Shown here piece by piece: positions 30,245 to 38,836 of a DNA stretch of 64,000 nucleotides. Source of the DNA: an uncultured Gammaproteobacteria bacterium (GTDB lineage: Bacteria > Patescibacteriota > Patescibacteriia > UBA10025 > JAHIVO01); the NCBI GenBank assembly GCA_964415025.1, contig CAYPXF010000003.1, forward strand, positions 41,523-105,522, given 5' to 3'. Positions within the stretch are counted from its first letter, which is position 1. Every line of letters starts with the position of its first letter. The position numbers and the translations under genes are program-made. The notes below the pieces were generated by a model. It did no database searches and had not been told where the DNA came from. It saw only the letters and a program-made list of their open reading frames with translations.

Positions 30245-31087
30245 ATGTCCCCACGATCAAAAAACTTTCGCCAGCGTGTCCGCCACACCTCTTCTAACCC
30301 CATGTTCACCAGAAAAACATGGCGGCATGTGGTGATCGAGCATTTTGGTACGTTCGCTTTATTATCAGTACTGACTTTTTTAGTGATCCTATATATTGGA
30401 CTATACTCTCCAGTATTACAAATACACCGTGTGGAAATCAGCGGCATCCCAGATGCGCAGGCTATCAGTGTCAGAGACGATATGGTGCTCTGGCAAATGC
30501 AGCAGCGACGTTGGATAATATTTCCACAGGATAATCTCATCATGTTCAGTAAAAACTGGCTCCGGGAAAACATCGGCCAGGAATTTGACCCCCAATCCAT
30601 ACAAATTGATAAGCAGTTTCCGGATTCGATTAATATTACTATAACCGAAAAAGACCCATCACTCGTTTGGAAAACAGAAGATCAGTACTATTATATAGAT
30701 CCTGCGGGTATTGTCTCGGCCGCAACTGTTTCAGCAGAGACGGGGCAGGAGAGCTTCGCATATCCTGTACTAATCGATGAGTCAAATACCGCGGTACAGC
30801 CAGGCGACCAGGCCTTATCACCGGATAAGGTAGCCTTTACCGCGATTTTATACCAATCATTGTCTGAATTCACCGAACCTTCTATCGCACATTTTTATAC
30901 GCCGCACCAATTAAGTCCGCGTATTAACGTATCGACGCATAACGGTTATTCACTCTACTTCGACTCATCAAAATCTGTAGACGGCCAAATACTGAAACTG
31001 CGTGAAATCATGGAAAAAAAGGCAGCTGACCAGCCACCACAGCAGTATATCGATCTTCGTATCGGCGACAAAGTTTATATCAAATAA
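30245..31087 (+). CDS. ftsQ: Cell division protein FtsQ/DivIB (POTRA domain)
   Basis: Cytoplasmic N-terminus, single TM segment, POTRA-like region (IHRVEISG...); ddl-ftsQ synteny. Confidence 0.6.
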   Translation: MSPRSKNFRQRVRHTSSNPMFTRKTWRHVVIEHFGTFALLSVLTFLVILYIGLYSPVLQIHRVEISGIPDAQAISVRDDMVLWQMQQRRWIIFPQDNLIMFSKNWLRENIGQEFDPQSIQIDKQFPDSINITITEKDPSLVWKTEDQYYYIDPAGIVSAATVSAETGQESFAYPVLIDESNTAVQPGDQALSPDKVAFTAILYQSLSEFTEPSIAHFYTPHQLSPRINVSTHNGYSLYFDSSKSVDGQILKLREIMEKKAADQPPQQYIDLRIGDKVYIK

Positions 31088-31153
31088 TATGCCGACCAAA
31101 CAGCACCTACTAATAAAAAGAAGAAGATTTGGCTTTCGCCAACCGGCATTGAA

Positions 31154-31772
31154 ATGTCCAAACAGTGCCCCCGCTGCTTCTGGCTCCGTTACCATAAGAA
31201 AATATACCAGCCCGAAGGCATCGTTTCGCGACTGGCAAACCGTTTCGACGGAGTAGTCAAATGCTATTTTGACCTCTACCGCGGCACCGACAACCTGCAG
31301 CCAATGGTACAGGACAAAGTTCAGGGGACAATGCAGCATCCGTTCCAGGAGAAATATTTTTATTCATTCAATGAAAAGTACGGCTTTTGGGGTAAGTTGG
31401 ATGAATGTTTAGTTACAGAAGATAAACACTATACGCCAGTGGACCATAAAACAGCCAGCTCTGATCCCAAGACCAAACCGATGATTCCGGCCTACCAAAC
31501 GCAATTGGACAGCTACGGCTTGCTCCTGGAAAAAAAACGACCGCCCGCCGTCAGGTATCGGCCACCTTATCTATTTTTATCCGGCAGACGGAAAAGAGCT
31601 GCACCAAGGATTTCCTATGGAGGTAACGGTTAAGACCCTGGAGGTCAAACCCCAGCGCGCCCTGACTGAACTGATGAAATCCATCAGTATTTTAGAGGGC
31701 AACATCCCGCACCCAAATAAGGATTGTCCGTTCTGCGACTGGCATGAAACAATAAAAAAAGAATTAAAATAA
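31154..31772 (+). pseudogene. Cas4-like / RecB-family PD-(D/E)xK nuclease with four Cys (N-terminal CPRC, C-terminal CPFC), interrupted by a +1 frameshift in an A8 tract
   Basis: Frame A 31154-31633 carries CPRCFWL, D...DHK and QLDSY (QxxxY). After the A8 run at 31530-31537 the +1 frame continues GHLIYFYPADGKEL...NKDCPFCDWHE to a stop at 31770-31772. Confidence 0.5.
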
Positions 31773-31920
31773 AAATCTATTTTCGTATACGCACGCACCA
31801 TTCGCACCGGCATAAACGATGATATGTTTCGGTAATAAGATTATCCGGCAATGTCTCTCCTAAATAAAAGGCTCTTGATTTTATATAATCACAAAATAAC
31901 AACAAAGGCGATAAAAAAAC

Positions 31921-31953
31921 AAAAAGATCCTCGTGTTGCAAAGGATCTTTTTG
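31921..31953. terminator. Bidirectional intrinsic terminator between the convergent Cas4-like gene and hup
   Basis: 11 bp perfect stem AAAAAGATCCT/AGGATCTTTTT, 9 nt loop, U-tracts on both strands. Confidence 0.6.
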
Positions 31954-31963
31954 TAAAAGTTGC

Positions 31964-32245
31964 TTAGAGCACTGCGTCCTTAGCAGCCTTGGCAACGCGG
32001 AATTTAACAACCGTCTTTGCCGGGATTTGGATCGTCTCACCAGTGGCTGGGTTGCGTCCCTGGCGTGCTGCCCGATGCTTTTTCACGAGCTTGCCAATGC
32101 CGGGGATGGTGAATTCACCGCTGTTCTTAACCTCTTCATAGGCTACCTCGGCCATGAGGTCCATGAAGTCCTGGACCTCTTTCTTGGACATACCTGATTT
32201 TTCTGCCAGGTGTGCCATGAGCTGGGACTTGGTCATTTTTGACAT
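31964..32245 (-). CDS. hup: HU family DNA-binding protein
   Basis: MSKMTKSQLMAHLAEKSGMSKKEV...GFGKF-like arm (PGIGKLVKKHRAARQGRNPATGETIQIPA). Confidence 0.85.
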   Translation of the reverse strand: MSKMTKSQLMAHLAEKSGMSKKEVQDFMDLMAEVAYEEVKNSGEFTIPGIGKLVKKHRAARQGRNPATGETIQIPAKTVVKFRVAKAAKDAVL

Positions 32246-32621
32246 GTGTTGTATCCCTTAATAAATTAATGTTAAACATTCAACCTTTAATACAGTATAC
32301 CAAAAACAGCAAAAAACACCATGTTTATTGGGTATTCTGCACTGTGGACAACTAGCATGCTATTTTATAACTAATATTAGCTAAATAATAAGAGTTACAA
32401 ATTATTACCCTGAAAAATAGGGGAGTATTATCACCATAAAAAAATTATATAAACTTTTACTACTATACCGTAAGGAGGAATTGTGACTAAACATTGAGTT
32501 AGTGGACGGCCAAAATTATGCGATAATGAGCCTGGAACAAAAGCATGTAAAAAGCAACAACGAACAAAAAAGAACGGATTATGCAAGCATTGTCAGGCCG
32601 AGGAAAAATAATAAGTACCGA

Positions 32622-32646
32622 CAGCCGCCATATGGCTGCCTTTTTT
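32622..32646 (+). terminator. Weak candidate intrinsic terminator (CAGCC / GCCATAT / GGCTG, then TTTTTT) in the ORF-poor spacer
   Basis: 5 bp GC stem plus T-run; follows a 42-codon ATG ORF (32526-32654). Confidence 0.3.
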
Positions 32647-33170
32647 ATTTATGAGAATGGTGTATGCGGCTGGTGTAGCCATTATTGACAAACAAACATA
32701 TAATACTATAGTGAGGTAATATTTGTTCGAGGAGGTATACTTTGTACTTTACCAGGGCGATACAGCAGATATTAGACATGTTTAACCAAGAACGTAAACC
32801 ATCATACAACGGTTCGTTCATAACGCCGGTCCGATTAAAACATAATGGCAGAAAACCGCCCCATACGCAGGTAACCCCATCATCCTCATCTCGGCGTCGC
32901 ATGATGTGCCATCGTCGTCAGCGATAAAACCGAACATTCTAATAATACTCCTGACGGAGGGTGATCCACATTCAACACCAGACCTTATTACTATAATAGG
33001 ACCTTGTTTTATTGTATTTGACCCCTGAAAAAGCCTATGGTACGATATAATAGTAACTGGGTATAATATCTCTTACACTCAGTTAAAACTGCTAAAAACC
33101 CCCTATGGCATTTAATACCAGTATTACTAAATCACCTTCCTTTTGTCATTCCAAACACATCGAGAAACCC

Positions 33171-33191
33171 TAATTACTAAATTAGTAATTA
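33171..33191. repeat. Perfect 10 bp inverted repeat TAATTACTAA-A-TTAGTAATTA, with two extra direct TTACTAA copies nearby, ~70 bp upstream of the recombinase gene
   Basis: Read directly: 33171-33180 and 33182-33191 are reverse complements; TTACTAA also at 33124-33130 and 33206-33212. Confidence 0.6.
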
Positions 33192-33259
33192 CTTTGTTAC
33201 TCACTTACTAACATCAAACTAGAATAATACCTTAATACACGTTAAAATAACCCTAGACT

Positions 33260-34216
33260 ATGCCAAAAACCAGTAAAACCATAGAACTACCCCATTTAGA
33301 CGATTTTCTGCTCAATCTGCAGACAAATAACTACTCTGACCGCACTATTTACAATTATGAGCGCGATTTACGGGTATTTGAACATTACCTGGTAAGTGAG
33401 TCGCACAAGGCCTTTAAATCGCTCCAGAGGCGCGATATTGAGCTGTATAAGGCCTTCCTAACCTCACGCGATAGAATTACCGCCACCGACCAAAAGAGCT
33501 TAAAAAGGCTGAATTCATACTCCATCAATAGGATGCTGTCCAGCCTGCGCTCGTACGTCAAATACCTCCAGGACAATGACTATAACTGCCCTATTTCCCC
33601 ACAAATAATTAAACTAACTAAGACCACAAAAAAGCACCCCCAAGTGGCTGAACTCCGTGACATTATACGACTCATAGAGGCTCCTACTGAATATGAAAAG
33701 AATAAGCAGGTTGCCCTGCGTAATAGAGCTATGCTAGAAGTACTATTTGCCACAGGTATGCGTATTTCCGAGATGATCAACCTAAATAAAAACCAGATCG
33801 ATGACACCGGTAAAATATTCATCGAGGGTAAAGGCCGCAAACAGCGCTTCGTGTATCTGACCGAGCGCGCTAAAACACATCTAGAAAAATACCTCCACTC
33901 ACGAGGCGATAATCATGCTTCCCTGTTTATCCCCTACCGCGGTGCTAATGCTTCATCTGGCGAGGCCCGTATCTCTGATAACTATTTACAAATGAAAATA
34001 AAAGAATACCGCGAGCGGTTAAAAATAAATGTACCGACCTCGGCCCATAGTCTCCGCCACGGCTTCGCGACATATCTCGCTGAATCCGGCGCCAACCCGG
34101 CCGCCATCCAAATCCTTCTGGGCCACGAATCACTCGACACCACCACCCGCTACGTTAATGCGTCGGATAGATACGCAGAAAAGACGCATCATAAATATCA
34201 TCCCTTAGAAAAATAA
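33260..34216 (+). CDS. Tyrosine site-specific recombinase, XerC/XerD-like
   Basis: Xer-type N-terminal domain (RTIYNYERDLRVFEHYL); catalytic region LEVLFATGMRISEM, GKGRKQRFVYL, HSLRHGFATYL...LLGHESLDTTTRY (R-H-R-Y tetrad). Confidence 0.8.
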   Translation: MPKTSKTIELPHLDDFLLNLQTNNYSDRTIYNYERDLRVFEHYLVSESHKAFKSLQRRDIELYKAFLTSRDRITATDQKSLKRLNSYSINRMLSSLRSYVKYLQDNDYNCPISPQIIKLTKTTKKHPQVAELRDIIRLIEAPTEYEKNKQVALRNRAMLEVLFATGMRISEMINLNKNQIDDTGKIFIEGKGRKQRFVYLTERAKTHLEKYLHSRGDNHASLFIPYRGANASSGEARISDNYLQMKIKEYRERLKINVPTSAHSLRHGFATYLAESGANPAAIQILLGHESLDTTTRYVNASDRYAEKTHHKYHPLEK

Positions 34217-34218
34217 TT

Positions 34219-34719
34219 ATGAATCAAGAAAATAACTACGCATTTATAGACAGTCAAAACTTAAATTTAAGCATCCAGGAGTGCAGCTGGAAGTTAGATT
34301 TTAATAAGTTTAGAATCTATCTTAAGCACAAATATAAAATTACGAAAGCTTACCTTTTTATAGGCTACCTTTCCGAAAATCAGGATTTATATACCTCCTT
34401 ACAAAGTTATGGTTATATCCTAATATTCAAACCAACCCTTAAATATAAGGACGGGAAAATCAAAGGTAACTGCGACGCTGAATTAGTTATGCAGGCAATG
34501 ATAGAATACGATAAATATGACAAAGCAGTTATCATCACTGGTGATGGTGATTTTTACTGTCTGGTAAAATACCTTTATCAGCAGGATAAGCTCAGATACG
34601 TACTTGTCCCTAATCAGCACAAATATTCTGCTTTATTGAAAAAATCAGCTAAAGAAAAACTCCTTTTTATGAATAATCTAAGGGGTAAACTTGAGTATAA
34701 AATGAAAAAGCACCGCTAG
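34219..34719 (+). CDS. NYN-domain (PIN-like) predicted ribonuclease
   Basis: AFIDSQNL...GNCDAELVMQAM...VIITGDGDFYCLVKYL matches the NYN / LabA-like fold signature; begins 3 nt after the recombinase stop. Confidence 0.65.
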   Translation: MNQENNYAFIDSQNLNLSIQECSWKLDFNKFRIYLKHKYKITKAYLFIGYLSENQDLYTSLQSYGYILIFKPTLKYKDGKIKGNCDAELVMQAMIEYDKYDKAVIITGDGDFYCLVKYLYQQDKLRYVLVPNQHKYSALLKKSAKEKLLFMNNLRGKLEYKMKKHR

Positions 34720-34787
34720 ACGACGAGACGTCATAGAAGTGCTGATTCGTGGTAATTCTGCAGGCATTATATACCCTATTAATACTT

Positions 34788-34907
34788 ATGTCAAGGCATA
34801 CTATCCACAGGCAAAATCTGGACACCACCACCCGTTACATCAACGCTTCCGACCGCTACGCCGAGAAAACTCATCGAAAATTCCATCCGTTAAGAGATAA
34901 TAAATAA
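34788..34907 (+). pseudogene. Orphan diverged copy of a tyrosine-recombinase 3' end (last ~30 codons, including the catalytic RY)
   Basis: Translates to MSRHTIHRQNLDTTTRYINASDRYAEKTHRKFHPLRDNK, versus ...GHESLDTTTRYVNASDRYAEKTHHKYHPLEK at the end of the full gene at 33260-34216; roughly 70% nt identity, mismatches mostly synonymous (own alignment). Confidence 0.55.
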
Positions 34908-34968
34908 TCATTTTCGCCCCGAGCGACTCGAGGAAGAGTCGAGGGGTATAAATACCATTCTTTGAAAA

Positions 34969-35568
34969 ATGATATTACTAATGACTATGGAAGAGTTAAG
35001 ACAATACGCGGAAAGGATTCGAAAAATATTTGATCGTATACACGATCTTCAAAATAAAGGTTATTTTATCGAACTTGTTCTTTGGTACTCACAATTGATC
35101 GAAAATGAATTACTTGGTGTAATTGCCTCCTATGATAGATTAATTGGACAAACGGGGCTTATTAATAAAAACAGTCTTCAAGAATACATGTACAAAACAA
35201 AGGATGTTTTACGCAATGATGAAAGGTACACTCTAGGTCAATTAATTAAAGAATTTGAAAAGCGACTAAATAAAAATAATAAATACAGCGAATTAATTAT
35301 AAATATTAGAGGCTTCCAAAAAACTCGTAATACTGTAATACATAAACTTTTTGACCAAAATGTAGATTTATCTTCAATAGAAAACAAGATTATTAAGCAT
35401 CTGCCTGAAAAAGATATTGGTAATCATTGGTTAGTGATTGCATATGAACTTTCCCAAATTCAGGAAAAAATTAGCAAAGAAGAATATGAAGAACGTAAAA
35501 CATACTTAAATGGACTTGCAAAAATGCATCTACTCCGTAATCTTTCTAAACCCCCAACAAAAAATTAA
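34969..35568 (+). CDS. Hypothetical all-alpha protein with a HEPN-like R-N-x-x-x-H motif; AT-rich
   Basis: RNTVIH at aa 120-125; GC clearly lower than flanking genes; no other recognisable motif. Confidence 0.3.
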   Translation: MILLMTMEELRQYAERIRKIFDRIHDLQNKGYFIELVLWYSQLIENELLGVIASYDRLIGQTGLINKNSLQEYMYKTKDVLRNDERYTLGQLIKEFEKRLNKNNKYSELIINIRGFQKTRNTVIHKLFDQNVDLSSIENKIIKHLPEKDIGNHWLVIAYELSQIQEKISKEEYEERKTYLNGLAKMHLLRNLSKPPTKN

Positions 35569-35591
35569 TTTAATATTTTAAAAGATATTTT

Positions 35592-35888
35592 ATGAAAAAT
35601 AATAAAAATTATAAATTGTTAAAATATATTGATTCCGTAAATAAAACTATAAGGATAGGAATTACCCCAACCGTTATTACCGTATTTATCTTACAAATTA
35701 TTAGTTTGTTTCTGGTACAAAAAGTATATAATAATTGGTATTTGACAATTGCGCTTTTTATAGCTTACATGATTATTTTTGAATTTTCTAGAAGAAAAGA
35801 AAATAAGTCGATGAAAGATATGAGTGATATCAGACAGGAGTTGGAAGAGTATGCCCACCCAACCTTCCCCGACCAAAAGCAAAACTAA
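35592..35888 (+). CDS. Small (98 aa) two-TM membrane protein
   Basis: Two hydrophobic helices, charged C-terminal tail; AT-rich; follows the HEPN-like gene. Confidence 0.35.
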   Translation: MKNNKNYKLLKYIDSVNKTIRIGITPTVITVFILQIISLFLVQKVYNNWYLTIALFIAYMIIFEFSRRKENKSMKDMSDIRQELEEYAHPTFPDQKQN

Positions 35889-36140
35889 TTAAAAATTGTT
35901 AATTAAATAATTGATTAGAAATTAGATATTTTTTTCTTCTTCCTCTCTCCCCCACTGCCGTGGCGCAGAAATAAAAGAAAACAAATTTGAATAATATACC
36001 ACCCACCGTTGTCATGCTGAGCTTGTTTCAGCATCTCAGAGTCCAGACCCTAACACGAGTTCAGGGTGACGAGATATTTAAAACCATAATTTGCTTGCTC
36101 TCATTCGCGGAAATAAATTGTAAACTATTATATTAAAACG

Positions 36141-37622
36141 ATGAAACAATTTCTTATTTGTCTCGCAATTCTCACTGGATTGGCACTTGTCTCGCCTGCC
36201 CTGGCCGATGTCGGTGAAGCGCCAGCACCAGGTGGATTAATTACAGTCGGTGACAAGACCGATGAAATCCAAATGAAGTCGGAAACTGTTACTTTCGATA
36301 TACGCGAAAGTGGCGATAAGTTCAAATATAATGATTACTACGCACATGTTACTGCGGAGTTCACTATGGTTAATCTTACTGATACCGATGTCACTAAACA
36401 GCTTATTTTCCCGTTTCATCATGCAAATCTTAACTACAGACAGGAGACGGAACAAGGAGTACTTGATTATGTACAGATAAACGGCGTGCCGGCGGATGTT
36501 ACTTATAGTGAGTATCAAATAGAAAACTCCTGGTCTGACCAGACGATTGCCTACGACACTATCGCTTCTGGTGATTTTGAGGCGACATTCCCGGCGGATT
36601 CCGAAACATCAATTGTCATCAAATATAATTTACGCGGAGTCAATGAGCCAAAAAGTCAAAACATCTCTTTTCAGTATCTCATGCATACCGGATCACACTG
36701 GGCTGGAGTGATTGAGGATGGCACCGTTATATTCAATTTTTGGAAGCCGGTTGATGACAATACCTATTTTGCCGAAAAAAACGATTTCTTCACCGCAGAA
36801 GATGGTAAGCTTATTTGGAATTTCCAAAACCTGGAGCCGGAGGTGTCCGATGATATACAGCTATCCTTTGATCCAACCTTGCTGACCGCTTGGGCTGACC
36901 GACCGACTTTTTTGGGCAGTATGAGCAGCAGCCCAGTAAGTGAACAACAAATCTGGATTAGTGCTGGTATCCGAGATGATGAAGAAATGCCCGGTGGCTA
37001 TTATCCCTCCGGACCATACAATACCCTATCTGATGACACTGATGAATACCGCGGCTGGTTCTTCGAGCCGGTAGCAGGCACCACCAGCTCACTCACTTAC
37101 AGCTTCAACGGCAACATAACACTGCACTCGCTGGATATCAAGACGGGCATACTGGCCGGCTGGCCTGGGGAGCATTACAACACGTTCCAGCGCCCGAAAA
37201 ATGTCCGTTTGACTTTCTCTGACGGCACGACGCAAGATGTTACACTCGATGACACGCCGAATCAGTATCAAACAGTTACTATTACCGATAAAACCACTGA
37301 CAGCCTTAAAATAGAAATATTGGATACCTATCCTGGCGTAGGCGGTGGTGACCAATATCTAGGCATCGGCCGCATACAATTTAGTGCAGACGCGAGCGAG
37401 CTAAATACTAACCTTGCAGAACAGCGCGAAGAGGAAACGCAAGCAATTGAGAAAACCGCCGTCAATGAAAATCAAAACACAAACCAGGCAGTAACAGCCA
37501 CCACAGACACGCATGATAAGACGAAACATTGCGGCTCCAGAAAAGAGGAAACTAAGTTACTCTGTATCCTCATTGGCACACTCTTAGTTTCATCGATACT
37601 TTTGGTGATTATTATTAGATAA
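36141..37622 (+). CDS. Secreted, C-terminally anchored surface protein (493 aa)
   Basis: Signal peptide (LALVSPALA), acidic extracellular domain, Thr/Asn/Gln-rich stalk, C-terminal hydrophobic anchor then RR. Confidence 0.5.
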   Translation: MKQFLICLAILTGLALVSPALADVGEAPAPGGLITVGDKTDEIQMKSETVTFDIRESGDKFKYNDYYAHVTAEFTMVNLTDTDVTKQLIFPFHHANLNYRQETEQGVLDYVQINGVPADVTYSEYQIENSWSDQTIAYDTIASGDFEATFPADSETSIVIKYNLRGVNEPKSQNISFQYLMHTGSHWAGVIEDGTVIFNFWKPVDDNTYFAEKNDFFTAEDGKLIWNFQNLEPEVSDDIQLSFDPTLLTAWADRPTFLGSMSSSPVSEQQIWISAGIRDDEEMPGGYYPSGPYNTLSDDTDEYRGWFFEPVAGTTSSLTYSFNGNITLHSLDIKTGILAGWPGEHYNTFQRPKNVRLTFSDGTTQDVTLDDTPNQYQTVTITDKTTDSLKIEILDTYPGVGGGDQYLGIGRIQFSADASELNTNLAEQREEETQAIEKTAVNENQNTNQAVTATTDTHDKTKHCGSRKEETKLLCILIGTLLVSSILLVIIIR

Positions 37623-37666
37623 TAAACTCATCGGAAATTGCTAATTGGTTATTGGTAATTAACTAT

Positions 37667-37676
37667 CCCCCCCCCC
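37667..37676. repeat. C10 homopolymer in the intergenic region downstream of the surface-protein gene
   Basis: Ten consecutive C read directly, followed by ACTGCCG; a shorter version (C5-ACTGCCG) lies at 35949-35960. Confidence 0.9.
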
Positions 37677-37797
37677 ACTGCCGCATTATAATTACCAATT
37701 TTACAAATCACAATTTCCAAACAATAATTAAATTGCAATGTTCAAATGTTCTAAGTGATTCGAGGGATAAAAATAAATTGTAAATAATTTTTATAAC

Positions 37798-38442
37798 ATG
37801 ACCGAAGATAAAAACTGGGACAAACTCCACGATTACTACGCCAACACGGACTGGATAAACCAAACCGCGGAGTTTGCGCAGTGGGTAATGGATTATTTTC
37901 CTAAGGCCGGATCGCTGCTCGATCTGGGCGGCGGACAGGGGCAGGACACACGCTATTTCGCGGCCAAAGGGTATCAGGTTACGCTGGTGGATATCTCAAC
38001 GCGCGGACTGGAATTAGCCCGTGAAAAAACACCGACAGAACTACGGGACAGAATTACTTTTGTCCAGCATGACATCAGCCAGCCACTCCCGTTCCCTGAT
38101 GAATCGTTTGATATTGTTTACTCGCACTTGGTTATTCATTATTTTGATGAAGCAACCACGCAACAGATTTTTGATGAAATATATCGCGTCCTGAAGCCGG
38201 ACGGTATCATGGCTCTCTTTACCAATTCGGTCAATGACCCGGAATATAAAACCGGCCATAAACTAGATACGGATTTCTACGAGGTTGAGGGCGTCCAGAA
38301 ACGCTTCTTCTCCCAGGAATCAATCCAGGAGTTTGCCAAGAAATTCAAAATACTGGAGGTCGACGAACACGGCTCCACGCCAAAAGAGCGAGCTATTAGC
38401 ACCAGTAATTTAGTTCGTTATGTGGGTAAAAAGTATGTGTAA
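37798..38442 (+). CDS. Class I SAM-dependent methyltransferase
   Basis: Motif I LLDLGGGQGQD; acidic motif II VDIS; 214 aa. Confidence 0.7.
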   Translation: MTEDKNWDKLHDYYANTDWINQTAEFAQWVMDYFPKAGSLLDLGGGQGQDTRYFAAKGYQVTLVDISTRGLELAREKTPTELRDRITFVQHDISQPLPFPDESFDIVYSHLVIHYFDEATTQQIFDEIYRVLKPDGIMALFTNSVNDPEYKTGHKLDTDFYEVEGVQKRFFSQESIQEFAKKFKILEVDEHGSTPKERAISTSNLVRYVGKKYV

Positions 38443-38535
38443 TATATTAATTATTATTTAAACATTTCCAAAAATGTTTAATAATCACGTGGTTTAAAAA
38501 AATATAATATACTGTCAATTTTTTTATTAAACTGT

Positions 38536-38832
38536 ATGCAGAATAGCGTACCCAACAAATACAATTCTACTAAGACCAAACTGATCGTGGCAGCGCCGGC
38601 CGCGGTATCGGCAGTAATTATGTTTATCGGGTTATTTACCGGGGGCGTGTTTGCTTCTCCGTGGTCAGCCTGGATCGGGTATGCCTTACTTTTTATTAAT
38701 CCATTTTGGGGATTTTTGTCACTGATCTTTATCCTGCTGAGCAGTGGGAAAAATAAACTGATGTATCTTGGTTTTACTGTGTTGTATATTATTTTATTCT
38801 TTGCTTTGATTCCGTCGATTATCATAGACTAA
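38536..38832 (+). CDS. Small (98 aa) three-TM membrane protein
   Basis: Hydrophobic profile only. Confidence 0.4.
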   Translation: MQNSVPNKYNSTKTKLIVAAPAAVSAVIMFIGLFTGGVFASPWSAWIGYALLFINPFWGFLSLIFILLSSGKNKLMYLGFTVLYIILFFALIPSIIID

Positions 38833-38836
38833 ATTT

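Noticed and set aside
32645-32902. 85 aa minus-strand ORF in the hup-xer spacer
   Set aside because: No RBS, odd composition, and it overlaps the better-supported + strand RBS-led small ORF. Kept only as part of the ORF-poor-region observation.
32246-33259. Looked for a tRNA or tmRNA gene as an integration target next to the recombinase (T-loop GTTCGA/TCGAAC patterns, 3' CCA-proximal stems, tag-peptide reading frames)
   Set aside because: No segment gave a cloverleaf-compatible arrangement; the only GTTCGAG (32725) lacks flanking stems. The recombinase also looks XerC/D-like rather than phage-integrase-like, so a tRNA target is not required.
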